Part shown: piece by piece, positions 6,316 through 15,024 of the stretch
How positions within the stretch are numbered: the first letter of the stretch is position 1
Layout: every line of letters begins with the position of its first letter
Source of the DNA: Ktedonobacterales bacterium
Lineage (GTDB): Bacteria > Chloroflexota > Ktedonobacteria > Ktedonobacterales > JADMIN01
Direction: 5' to 3'
NCBI GenBank assembly: GCA_030167145.1
Contig: CP126532.1
Coordinates: 4,230,001-4,262,000, forward strand
Length of the DNA: 32,000 nt
Position numbers and translations under genes: made by a program
The notes under the pieces: model-generated
The model's database searches: none
What the model was told of the DNA's origin: nothing
The model's input: the letters and a program-made list of their open reading frames with translations, nothing else

Positions 6316-8876
6316 TGCCACGCCAATCGAAAGCGAGCGCTGGGACGGCGCAGCTTGGCCTCTTCAATGTCGAGGATTATCTGAAGACCGCGCCGTGTGT
6401 GCCGCTGCTGCGGCAGAAAGTGGACGAGTGGCGCGGCAAGGGCTATCCCGGCGCGACGGAGGTGACACGCGACCTGCTGCGCTGGTGGTTCCAGACGGAT
6501 CACCGGCTGCCAAACGGACGCATCTTTGCGTATCACAGTTCGCAGCGCGAGGCTATCGAAACGCTGATCTATGTGTATGAGGTGGCGAAGGTGCGGACGC
6601 GGCGCGACCTGCTGACCGAGTTCGCGCGCCAGAGCGGCGAGATCAGGCTGCCGCCGGATGATGACTTTGCGCGCTACTGCACTAAGATGGCGACTGGCTC
6701 CGGCAAAACCAAGGTGATGTCGCTGGCGGTGGCGTGGCAGTATTGGAACGCGGTGATGGGCGGCAACGAACAGGAGTACGCCAAAACGTTCCTGCTGCTG
6801 GCTCCCAACGTGATCGTGCTGGAACGCTTGAAGACCGACTTTGCGGGCGGGCATATCTTCCAGGCTGATCCGGTGATGCCGGAGCATCTGCGCTATCTGT
6901 GGGACCTGGATTGCGTGATGCGCGGCGACGGCCAGCGCGCCCACTCCGAAGGGCTGCTGCTGCTGACCAACATCCAGCAGTTATACGAGCGGCCCGACAA
7001 AGGCAATGGCGAAGAGCCGGAGCCGCTGGCCGCCGTACTCGGCCCGAAGGGTCCGGCGGCGCAGAGCGAATCCGCTGACTTCATCGAACGCATCCGCAAG
7101 CGCGGCGGGCCGATGCTGGTGATCAACGACGAGGCGCACCACACGCACGACGAAGACAACGGCTGGAATGAGGTGATCCACCGGCTCAGCGAGGATACGC
7201 CCATCGCCGCGCAACTCGACTTCTCGGCGACGCCGCGTTTTCAGAAGGGCGCGCTGTTCCCCTGGACCATCTCAGATTATCCGCTCAAACAGGCGATCAT
7301 AGATGGCGTGGTCAAACGTCCGTACAAGGGCGTCGCCGACATCCACGAGACACCTTCGGAGTACGCCAGCATCAAGTATGAGGGGTATCTCGTCGCGGGG
7401 GTTCATCGCTGGCGCGAATACCGCGAGCAATTGGCGGGCGTCGGCAAGCGTCCGTTGCTGTTCATCATGCTCAACAGCACCGATGAGGCGGATGATGTCG
7501 GCGAGTTCCTGCGGGCGAAGTTCCCCGAAGATTTCGCCGGTGACAGGACGCTGGTGATTCACACCAAGAGCAATGGCGACATCAAGGAAAAAGACCTGGA
7601 CCGCGCCCGCAAGGTGGCGCGCGAGGTGGATGAGGCTGATTGTCCGGTGAACGCCATTGTGAGCGTGCTGATGTTGCGCGAAGGCTGGGATGTGCAGAAT
7701 GTGACCGTGGTGGTGGGGTTGCGGCCGTACACCGCTAAGGCGAATATCCTGCCCGAACAGACGATTGGCCGTGGTTTGCGGCTGATGTTCCGGGGTCAGG
7801 GCGTTGGCTATACCGAGCGCGTGGACATCATCGGCAACCGCGCCTTTCTGGACTTCGTGGAAGATCTGGAGAAGCTGGAACAACTTGAGCTAGGCAAGTT
7901 CGAGGTTGGCAAAGACAAGCTCACGATTCTGACGATTCAGCCCGCCACAGAGAAAGCCGCATTCAATATCGCGATTCCCAAGCTCACGCCGGTGCTCCAG
8001 CGTAAGAAGTCGCTGAGCGAGGAGATCGCCGCACTGGATGTGAACCGGTTCATGTGTCCGCCGCTGCCCAAGAAGCCTGGGGATGCTGCCGAGCAGACGT
8101 TCCACTATGAGGGGTACGACTTCATTACGCTGGAACGCGAGTTCTCACGCGAATACACGCTACCCCCACCCGGAACCGCAAACGAAGTGATTGGCTACTA
8201 CGCGCGGCTGATCGCCAAAGACCTGAAGCTGCCCGCGCAGTTCGCGGCGCTGGTGCCGAAGGTGCGCGAGTTCTTCGCGGAGAAGGCATTTGGCGAGCCG
8301 GTACACTTGGACGAGCCGCAGATTATTCAGGCGATGGCGCGTCCGGCGGTGGCGTTCGTCGTCAAGAAGCTGTTCACCAATGCGCTGCGGAGCCAGATCG
8401 TCGAGGAACTGGAGCCGCAACTGCTGACCGATGCGCGCACGCTCGCGGACTGCGCGCCGTTCCCGTTCTCGAATCCCAACGCGGTCGAAGGGCACAAGTG
8501 CATCCTCAACTACGCTCCCTGCTCTAACGACTTCGAGCGCGCCTTCGGGCGCTTTCTGGACGGCGCGGGCGATATCGTGGCGTGGTGCAAGATTCCCGAC
8601 TCGTTCGGCTTCACCATCGAGTACACCGATCAGTCCGCCAGCCTGCGCTACTACTATCCCGATTTCGTGGGCATCACCGCCGATGGCACGCATTGGGTGA
8701 TCGAAACCAAGGGCATGGAGTCGGTGGAGGTGGCGTATAAGGACAAGGCGGCGCGGCTCTGGTGCGACAACGCTACGGAGCTAACCGGTGTGCGCTGGGA
8801 GTACATCAAAGTGCCGCAGAAGGATTTCTACGCCATGCAGCCCGCCGATTTCGGCGACATCACGCTGATGCGGTAG
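6315..8876 (+). CDS. res: Type III restriction enzyme Res subunit (SF2 helicase plus C-terminal PD-(D/E)xK nuclease)
   Basis: Walker A TGSGKTKV, DEAH box VINDEAHH, SATP, LREGWDVQNV and QTIGRGLR helicase motifs. C-terminal YPDF..VIETKG is nuclease-like. The ATG at 6315 shares a base with the mod TGA (a GTG at 6312 is also possible). GGAGG lies 7 nt upstream. Confidence 0.85.
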   Translation: MPRQSKASAGTAQLGLFNVEDYLKTAPCVPLLRQKVDEWRGKGYPGATEVTRDLLRWWFQTDHRLPNGRIFAYHSSQREAIETLIYVYEVAKVRTRRDLLTEFARQSGEIRLPPDDDFARYCTKMATGSGKTKVMSLAVAWQYWNAVMGGNEQEYAKTFLLLAPNVIVLERLKTDFAGGHIFQADPVMPEHLRYLWDLDCVMRGDGQRAHSEGLLLLTNIQQLYERPDKGNGEEPEPLAAVLGPKGPAAQSESADFIERIRKRGGPMLVINDEAHHTHDEDNGWNEVIHRLSEDTPIAAQLDFSATPRFQKGALFPWTISDYPLKQAIIDGVVKRPYKGVADIHETPSEYASIKYEGYLVAGVHRWREYREQLAGVGKRPLLFIMLNSTDEADDVGEFLRAKFPEDFAGDRTLVIHTKSNGDIKEKDLDRARKVAREVDEADCPVNAIVSVLMLREGWDVQNVTVVVGLRPYTAKANILPEQTIGRGLRLMFRGQGVGYTERVDIIGNRAFLDFVEDLEKLEQLELGKFEVGKDKLTILTIQPATEKAAFNIAIPKLTPVLQRKKSLSEEIAALDVNRFMCPPLPKKPGDAAEQTFHYEGYDFITLEREFSREYTLPPPGTANEVIGYYARLIAKDLKLPAQFAALVPKVREFFAEKAFGEPVHLDEPQIIQAMARPAVAFVVKKLFTNALRSQIVEELEPQLLTDARTLADCAPFPFSNPNAVEGHKCILNYAPCSNDFERAFGRFLDGAGDIVAWCKIPDSFGFTIEYTDQSASLRYYYPDFVGITADGTHWVIETKGMESVEVAYKDKAARLWCDNATELTGVRWEYIKVPQKDFYAMQPADFGDITLMR

Positions 8877-8991
8877 CGTGCGGGCGGGGCGTGTGGGAAG
8901 CATGGCCTGTTCGGGCTGTGTGGCGTGCGCGGGGGGATATACTGTGGCTAAGTGTATCGCCGGGCTGGCAGAGTGTTGAGGAGCAGCGCGC

Positions 8992-9498
8992 ATGGCGACG
9001 AGGATTCCCCCCGGAAGACGACCGGCTCCGCGCACGTCGCCGCCCACGGTTACGGCGTCTGGAGTCAGCCTGGCACGGCGCTATCTGGGGTTCATCCTGG
9101 GCGGCATCGCTGGGGTGGCGTTGGTGGTGGCGGTCTCGGCGCTGCTGGCGGGGCGCGGCTCGCAGCCATCCCAAGCCGCGCCGCCCGCGCCCGATAGCGT
9201 GGCCGGTGGCGTCTGCTCTGATCTGCGCGCGCACGACTATCCGCATCTCTACACCACGCTCTCGCCTTCGCTGCAAGGCGTTGGCACGGCGGATCAGTTT
9301 GTCGCCAGCCAGCGACAGATTGACGCGCTGCATGGCAGCGTCAGCGCCTGCGCCTATACGCTGCGGCGGGTCAGCGCCAGCAGCGCCAGCGTCACCTACA
9401 CCCTCACGCGCAACGGCGCGGCCACCCTCGGCGCGGTCACGCTGGACTACCTCAATGGCGGGTGGCGCATCAGCGATTACGACACCAGCAGCATTTGA
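8992..9498 (+). CDS. Membrane-anchored hypothetical protein (one N-terminal TM helix, small extracytoplasmic domain)
   Basis: 168-aa ORF with GAGGAG SD. It has a basic N-terminus followed by the hydrophobic stretch LGFILGGIAGVALVVAVSALLAG. I recognise no family. Confidence 0.5.
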   Translation: MATRIPPGRRPAPRTSPPTVTASGVSLARRYLGFILGGIAGVALVVAVSALLAGRGSQPSQAAPPAPDSVAGGVCSDLRAHDYPHLYTTLSPSLQGVGTADQFVASQRQIDALHGSVSACAYTLRRVSASSASVTYTLTRNGAATLGAVTLDYLNGGWRISDYDTSSI

Positions 9499-9521
9499 CG
9501 GCCATGTCGCCGTGCGCCGGT

Positions 9522-9664
9522 CCTGATGCAGTTGTACCAAGTAGCACGGACATGGGCGCGGAGCGGGCGGTTGAAACCGCGCCTGCAAGGCCTCCGGCCG
9601 CCAAACCCGCCTGCGCGGGTTCGGGACCGACCAGTGTCCGCTATAAAAGGTAAACTGCATCAGG
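9522..9664. repeat. 143-bp element bounded by perfect 12-bp inverted repeats, carrying H3 and H2 modules (MITE-like or large stem-loop)
   Basis: CCTGATGCAGTT (9522-9533) is the reverse complement of AACTGCATCAGG (9653-9664). A nested imperfect pairing links CGGACATGG (9547-9555) and CCAGTGTCCG (9631-9640). H3 lies at 9562-9583 and H2 at 9603-9621. The element sits between convergent genes. Confidence 0.7.
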
Positions 9665-9680
9665 GGCGCGTGGGGATAGG

Positions 9681-10346
9681 TCAGTTGAGGATGGAACGAT
9701 CATGCGCGCCGTGCTGCTGGGTCATATCCTTCATCTGTTCGGCGAGCGAGACGCTCTCGGCGCGCAACATGCGTGCGCCGGTGCGCAGCCGTTCCGCAGC
9801 CGACCGCAGTTCTAATAGCTCCTGCTTCTCGCAATCTTCGCAGGGCAGGCACATGCCAATCACGAACGAAAGCTCGCGCGGGTCGTCGGGCACCTCGATG
9901 GAGCAGTCTTCGCTGCCGACCAGCGCCAGCACCGCGCGCAGGTAGCCATGCAGCGCGTTCTGCGCCTCCGCCACCAACGCCTCACTCAATGTCGCCGCCT
10001 CATCCATATCGCGGAAGGGACGCACCACGCCGGTAAGATACGGCTTGGGCTTTTCGTGGTGGACCTCGACGATCTCGAAGCGGCGTGTGCCGGTGGCGAG
10101 CAGGTTATAGCGGCCATCGGCCAGCCGCTCGCAGTCGGCGATGCGCGCCAGCGTGCCAATGCGGGCGGGCGTCTCGCGCTCTTCTTCCTGCTGGAGCAGC
10201 ACCACGCCGAAAGGGGCATGGTCCGCCAGGCAATCTTCGGTCATCTGGCGATAGCGCGGCTCGAAGATGTGCAGTGGCATCGCCATTCCCGGAAAGAGCA
10301 CCACATTCAGCGGGAAGAGGGGCACCTCGAAGCGTTCATCCGCCAT
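9681..10346 (-). CDS. LON N-terminal (substrate-binding) domain protein
   Basis: N-terminal LPLFPLNVVLFPGMAMPLHIFEPRYRQM is the hallmark of the stand-alone Lon N-domain family. No AAA+ or protease domain is present. Confidence 0.75.
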   Translation of the reverse strand: MADERFEVPLFPLNVVLFPGMAMPLHIFEPRYRQMTEDCLADHAPFGVVLLQQEEERETPARIGTLARIADCERLADGRYNLLATGTRRFEIVEVHHEKPKPYLTGVVRPFRDMDEAATLSEALVAEAQNALHGYLRAVLALVGSEDCSIEVPDDPRELSFVIGMCLPCEDCEKQELLELRSAAERLRTGARMLRAESVSLAEQMKDMTQQHGAHDRSILN

Positions 10347-10385
10347 GCCGCGCTCCTGTCTGCTCGTGGTATCCTTCGCTCTCTG

Positions 10386-10397
10386 ACAGTATACTGT
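10386..10397. promoter_or_regulatory. 12-bp palindrome ACAGTATACTGT, possible bidirectional -10 between divergent Lon-N and holB genes
   Basis: Perfect palindrome containing TATACT on both strands, in a 196-bp divergent intergenic region. Confidence 0.35.
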
Positions 10398-10542
10398 AGC
10401 TATGCGAGAAGAACGACCAATGAGACTCGCACGCGCTGTTCGTCAGAGTGTAGCATGACGTATGCGGGGCATGCCAACGCGCTCGCGAGGCATATGGCGC
10501 GCGTTTGTTGTGGGACATCAATCTACCAGCCAGAGGGTCGCT

Positions 10543-11550
10543 ATGCAGACTATTGTGGGACATATGGAGGCCAGGCGCCGCCTGGCGCGGGCAGTCGCGT
10601 CAGGTCAGGTGAGCCATGCGTATCTGTTCACTGGGCCGGAGAGCATCGGCAAGACGGCGCTCGCGCTGGACTTCGCGCGGCTGCTTGAATGTGAGCGGCC
10701 TGACCTCACCACGGGCGATCCATGTGGGGAGTGTTCGTCATGCCGCACAATCGCCCACAGCAATCACCCTGATGTGACGCTGGTGGAGGCGGCTGAGGGC
10801 AAGCGGCTGCTGGGGGTGGATACGGTGCGCGAAGTCGCCCATCTTGCCAATCTGACACCGTCCGCTGGTCGCTGGCGGATCTTCATCATCCCCGCCGCTG
10901 AGGCGATGACGCCCAACACGGTCAACGCGCTGCTGAAGACGCTGGAAGAGCCGCCGCCCGGCGTGGTGTTGATGCTGACCAGCGCCGAGCCAGAGACGCT
11001 GCTGCCCACGCTGATCTCGCGCTGCCAGAGCGTCCCGTTGCAGCCGCTGAGCGCCGCCGAGGTGACGCGCGCTCTCATCGAACGCTGGGGCATGGACGCG
11101 ACCGCCGCGCATGAGCTGGCCGTCCTCGCCAACGGGCGGATTGGCTGGGCGGTGCGCGCGATGGAGCATCCAGAGATGCGTGAGGAGCGCCGCCAGCAGC
11201 TTGCCCAGATGCTGACGCTGACCGCCGCCAGCCGCGATGAGCGCATCCGCGCCGCAGCCGCGCTCGCCGCCGATGGCGATACCGCGCGCCGTGCGCTGGA
11301 ACTGTGGACGCTCTGGTGGCGTGACGTGACGCTGGCGGCCTGCGGCGCGACGCACCTCACCAGCGAGGGCGCTCCCCGCGCCGAAGCCGAACGCCAGGGG
11401 CGCGCACTCGGCCCGCAACGCGCCGAAGCCTTCCTGCGCGCGCTGCTCGCCGCCAAGGTCGCACTGGATACGAACGCCAACCCACGGCTCACCTTTGAGG
11501 TGCTGCTGCTCGACCTGCCACATCTGGCCGCTGCTCCGGGCAGGCGCTAG
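10543..11550 (+). CDS. holB: DNA polymerase III delta-prime subunit
   Basis: HAYLFTGPESIGKT P-loop-like motif, CGECSSCR zinc module, ALLKTLEEPP and SRCQ motifs. Start taken at the ATG at 10543 (MQTIVGH). Confidence 0.8.
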   Translation: MQTIVGHMEARRRLARAVASGQVSHAYLFTGPESIGKTALALDFARLLECERPDLTTGDPCGECSSCRTIAHSNHPDVTLVEAAEGKRLLGVDTVREVAHLANLTPSAGRWRIFIIPAAEAMTPNTVNALLKTLEEPPPGVVLMLTSAEPETLLPTLISRCQSVPLQPLSAAEVTRALIERWGMDATAAHELAVLANGRIGWAVRAMEHPEMREERRQQLAQMLTLTAASRDERIRAAAALAADGDTARRALELWTLWWRDVTLAACGATHLTSEGAPRAEAERQGRALGPQRAEAFLRALLAAKVALDTNANPRLTFEVLLLDLPHLAAAPGRR

Positions 11551-11782
11551 ATCGCTACGGCCAAACGGCGTAGCGCCGCTGCGCGCTTCGCGGGGCGTCG
11601 CTCAGCACTTTGGATGAAATTGGCGTGTGGTGTGAGCCAGGTCACAGAGAAGCGCCTACGGCTGACGTATATACTTCCAGCGAATGTGTTTCCTCTTGCT
11701 TCTTCGTGCTGACCGCGAACTCATGTGCTCTCCACCTACTCATCACCTGGCGCGCACTGCGCGCGAAAGGAACTGGCCACTC

Positions 11783-12409
11783 ATGCGACGCTCCTCGCTC
11801 AGAACCGGATTGGGCACGGCCTGCCTCGCGGCACTGCTGCTGCTGGCCGCCACTGGCTGCGACACCTCGACGACGACTGGCCCCACGCCGACGAACACGC
11901 CCGCGCCGCTGCCGACGGCGACGACCGCGCCGACGGCCACGACGGCGTCCTCCACCGCGACGCCAGCGAGCTATCCGGTGCTGGTCTACTTCTCCAAGCA
12001 CCCGGACTCCGATAGCAATGTCAACGTCGTTTTCGCGGTCCACCGCACCTCGCCCACCCTGGGCGTCGCCACCTTCGCGATACAGCAACTCATCGCTGGT
12101 CCCACCGCCTCGGAAGCGGCTACGGGCCTGTATACCGAGCTGACCAGTTCGCTCTCTGGCAGCTCCAACTGCGGCGGGCCAGACTTCCAGATTCATCTGG
12201 ACATGAAGGGCAGCACACCGCAGACGGGCACGGCGACGATTCAGTTCTGCCGCACCACCGCGCTGGCCGGCGATCTGACTGGTCCGCGCATCAGCGCCGA
12301 AATAACGAAGACGCTCACGCAGTTCTCGAACATCCACAAAGTGGTGATTCTGAACAAGGACGGCGGCTGCTTTGATGACCTGAGCGGCCAGAACCTGTGC
12401 CTGAAGTAG
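11783..12409 (+). CDS. Lipoprotein with GerMN-like domain
   Basis: Signal peptide ending in the lipobox-like LLAATGC, then a Thr/Pro-rich linker. YPVLVYF...AIQQLIAGPTASEAATGLYTEL resembles GerMN. Followed by a good intrinsic terminator. Confidence 0.6.
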   Translation: MRRSSLRTGLGTACLAALLLLAATGCDTSTTTGPTPTNTPAPLPTATTAPTATTASSTATPASYPVLVYFSKHPDSDSNVNVVFAVHRTSPTLGVATFAIQQLIAGPTASEAATGLYTELTSSLSGSSNCGGPDFQIHLDMKGSTPQTGTATIQFCRTTALAGDLTGPRISAEITKTLTQFSNIHKVVILNKDGGCFDDLSGQNLCLK

Positions 12410-12475
12410 TGAGCAGTAGCGGGAAGTCGTGAGGCCGCGCTGACAGCATCCAAACTCTGACAGTTTATTCATGTA

Positions 12476-12507
12476 GCCGCCTGGACTTCTCAGGCGGCAT
12501 TGTTATT
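12476..12507 (+). terminator. Rho-independent terminator after the GerMN lipoprotein gene
   Basis: GCCGCCTG-gacttct-CAGGCGGC (8-bp GC-rich stem, 7-nt loop) followed by ATTGTTATT. Lies 67 nt after the stop. Confidence 0.6.
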
Positions 12508-12510
12508 GGA

Positions 12511-12516
12511 TATACT
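12511..12516 (+). promoter_or_regulatory. -10 candidate TATACT (gene 12642..13094 and xylB)
   Basis: Located just after the terminator at 12476-12507 and about 125 nt before the ATG. Confidence 0.3.
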
Positions 12517-12641
12517 GCCTGACGTTGATTGGATGGTCGTGGCGCTTCCACGGCGCGGCGGTCTATCGCATCTTCACGGCAACGGCGCCGGGTATCCGAC
12601 GATGGATGTGTTCAGACGTTATCCCCTGGAAGGAGAGATTG

Positions 12642-13094
12642 ATGCCGGTGTTTTCTGAAGATTGGGCTTCGAGCGCAGATTCCGTGGCGACCGCCACCGT
12701 TGATCTGACGCCCTATTGGCGGCGTCATTTGCGTGCGTTGCGCCGTCTTTTCACCGCCGCGGCCAACCATGATGAGCTTGGCAGGCGCTATCGCACTGCG
12801 GTTGTCTTGGGCCTCACGGCATTTCTCCACGGTCTACAGGATTGCACCGACATTTTTGCTCTGCACCGGCGCGCGCATGACACGGACTGGTGGGACGCCA
12901 TTTGCCGCGCCGAACTGGATAGTCCGACACTCCTCGGCCTGCGGATTCAAGATGTGCCGCTCTCTGGCCACGGACTTGCCAGCGCCGCCCTGGCGTTGCG
13001 CTATCTGGAGACGACGCGCCGCCTCAGGATTGACCCCGCGACGGTTCTGGATTACCCGCCCGCTTCGATGGACGTATGGCTGCAGGAAGTATAG
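12642..13094 (+). CDS. Hypothetical protein
   Basis: The ATG at 12642 lies 6 nt after GGAAGGAG. 150 aa with no recognised motif. The stop lies 2 nt before the xylB start. Confidence 0.45.
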   Translation: MPVFSEDWASSADSVATATVDLTPYWRRHLRALRRLFTAAANHDELGRRYRTAVVLGLTAFLHGLQDCTDIFALHRRAHDTDWWDAICRAELDSPTLLGLRIQDVPLSGHGLASAALALRYLETTRRLRIDPATVLDYPPASMDVWLQEV

Positions 13095-13096
13095 GT

Positions 13097-14638
13097 ATGA
13101 CAGCGTCTCAACCCGGCCCCTACTTTTTGGGATTGGACCTGGGAACGTCGAGTTTGAAGGCGCTGGTTGCGGACGCCGCTGGCGTGGTGCGGGCCACCGT
13201 GAGCCACCCCTATGCGCTGCAACGTCCGCGTACCGGCTGGGCTGAGCAGTCGCCTGCCGATTGGGAGCGCGCGCTGCTGCCGGTGATGCGCCAGTTGCGC
13301 GAACGCGGTGTGGCGCTGGATGCTATCGCGGCTATCGGCCTGAGTGGGCAGATGCATGGGCTGGTGCTGCTGGATGCCGCTGGCGATGCGCTCGGCCCCT
13401 GCCACATCTGGGCCGACACACGCTGCGCCAGCGAGGCGCGGGGCATGGAGGAGCGGATCGGGCGCGAACGGCTGCGGCGTATCAGCGGCAGTCCGGCGTA
13501 TACCAGCGCGACGGCTGGGAAGCTGCTCTGGGTGCGTGAGCACGAACCGGAACGCCTGCGCGCGGCAGCGCATCTGCTGCTGCCGAAGGACTATCTGCGC
13601 TGGCGGCTGACGGGGGTGCTGGCGACGGATGTGAGCGACGCCAGCGGCACGCAACTCTGCGACATCAGCACGCGAGACTGGTCAGGCGAATTGCTTAGCG
13701 CGCTGGATATTTCCCCCGACCTCCTGCCGCCGGTCTATGAATCAACCGCCGTGACGGGCAGCCTCACTTCGGAGATGGCTGGGGCGCTGGGCCTGCGCGC
13801 GGGAATTCCGGTGGTGGCGGGCGGCGGGGACGCTGAGTGCGCGGCGGTGGGCCAGGGGGTGATTGGTGAGGCGGCGGATCGTGGGCTGGGGCTGGCGACG
13901 CTGGGTACGGCCGGTCAGTTCTTCGCGGTGACCGATAGCCCCGGACTCGATCCGGCGGGTGAGCTACAGACGCTCTGCCATGCGGTCCCTGGGCGGTGGC
14001 ATGTGATGCGCTGCATTCTGGCGGGCGCATCTACGGTGGACTGGCTGGCCGCGACGCTGATGCCGGGTGCGCCGCCCGATGTGGCGATGGCGGCGCTACT
14101 GGCGGAGGCGGCGAACGAGCCGCCAGGGGCGCGCGGCATGCTGTTCTTGCCGCATCTCAATGGCATTCGCACGCCGGAGATGGATGCCGATGCGGCAGGC
14201 GCATTCGTTGGGCTGCGCGCATCGCATACCCGCGCGACACTGGCCCGCGCGGCGCTTGAGGGCGTGGCGCTGGCGATCCGCGAGGGTCTGGATGCGGTGC
14301 GGGCGCTGGGTATGCCGGTGGAGCGGGTGCGGCTGGCTGGCGGGGCGAATCGGTTTGCGCCGTGGCCGCAACTTCAGGCCGATGTGTACGGCCTACCGGT
14401 GGAGACTGGCCCCAGCGAAGACGCTTCGGCGCTGGGCGCGGCTCTGCTGGCTGCCGCTGGCATCGGCGCGACCACCCTGACCGATGCCGCCGCGACGCTC
14501 GTCGCGAATGTCAGCGACACCTACGCGCCCGATCCTGATGCGAGCGCGCACTATGACCGGCTCGCGCCAATCTTCGCGCAGCTTGCGCCGCACCTGCGCG
14601 CGACGTTCGCGGGGCTGGCGGAAGCGAACGCGGAGTGA
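13097..14638 (+). CDS. xylB: Xylulokinase (FGGY carbohydrate kinase family)
   Basis: N-terminal YFLGLDLGTSSLK, GLSGQMHGLVLLD and IWADTR motifs, plus a C-terminal FGGY domain. The family call is firm; xylulose as substrate is inferred from the motif pattern. Confidence 0.75.
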   Translation: MTASQPGPYFLGLDLGTSSLKALVADAAGVVRATVSHPYALQRPRTGWAEQSPADWERALLPVMRQLRERGVALDAIAAIGLSGQMHGLVLLDAAGDALGPCHIWADTRCASEARGMEERIGRERLRRISGSPAYTSATAGKLLWVREHEPERLRAAAHLLLPKDYLRWRLTGVLATDVSDASGTQLCDISTRDWSGELLSALDISPDLLPPVYESTAVTGSLTSEMAGALGLRAGIPVVAGGGDAECAAVGQGVIGEAADRGLGLATLGTAGQFFAVTDSPGLDPAGELQTLCHAVPGRWHVMRCILAGASTVDWLAATLMPGAPPDVAMAALLAEAANEPPGARGMLFLPHLNGIRTPEMDADAAGAFVGLRASHTRATLARAALEGVALAIREGLDAVRALGMPVERVRLAGGANRFAPWPQLQADVYGLPVETGPSEDASALGAALLAAAGIGATTLTDAAATLVANVSDTYAPDPDASAHYDRLAPIFAQLAPHLRATFAGLAEANAE

Positions 14639-14646
14639 GAGACGTG

Positions 14647-14897
14647 CTCTCGGCCATTCATGGCCGGAGCACAGGCGCGAGGTGGCCGCCTCGGCCATCA
14701 ATGGCCGGAGCACAGGTGCGGGGCATAAATGCCGCGAGGAATCCCATTGCGAGGGAACAGCAGGTGGGGAGACGGGTGATGTAGGAGGCTCTCGGCATGA
14801 ATGCCGAGGGTAATCCTGGTCGAAGGAAGCGTCAGTGGGCGCAAGGGTGATGGAGCGAGAACGCGGCATGAATGCCACGGGTAATCCCGTGCCAGTG
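14647..14897 (+). repeat. Degenerate hairpin array, locus 3 (five units)
   Basis: Cores are GGCCATTCATGGCC, GGCCATCAATGGCC, GGCATAAATGCC and GGCATGAATGCC (14794 and 14865, 71 nt apart). GCGAGAACGCGGCATGAATGCC (14855-14876) is identical to 3810-3831. Confidence 0.8.
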
Positions 14898-15024
14898 ATG
14901 CTCACGTAGAGCGAGAGGAGTAGGGTGAGTTTCCGGCACGAAGGTTGAGACTCACCCTGGTGGGAGTGCGCGATGCATATGCCAGCGATTCAGCGCACGC
15001 CGATACGAGGCGTTGAGGATTTCT

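Noticed and set aside
5527-6321. Long antisense or overlapping ORFs in the track (e.g. 5527..6321-, 2335..2928-, 6240..6944-, 7272..7883-, 8860..9660-, 10738..11523-, 11642..12472-, 13052..13654-, 27672..28388-, 31236..32000-).
   Set aside because: They lie opposite or out of frame to genes with clear family motifs. They are Arg/Ala/Pro/His-rich, as expected from stop-codon scarcity in high-GC DNA, and they lack SD sequences.
8992-9498. The small membrane protein as a third component of the Type III R-M operon.
   Set aside because: It is separated from res by 115 bp, has its own TATACT box and SD, and shows no nuclease, ATPase or abortive-infection motif. The only link is position, so I list it as an ordinary hypothetical gene.
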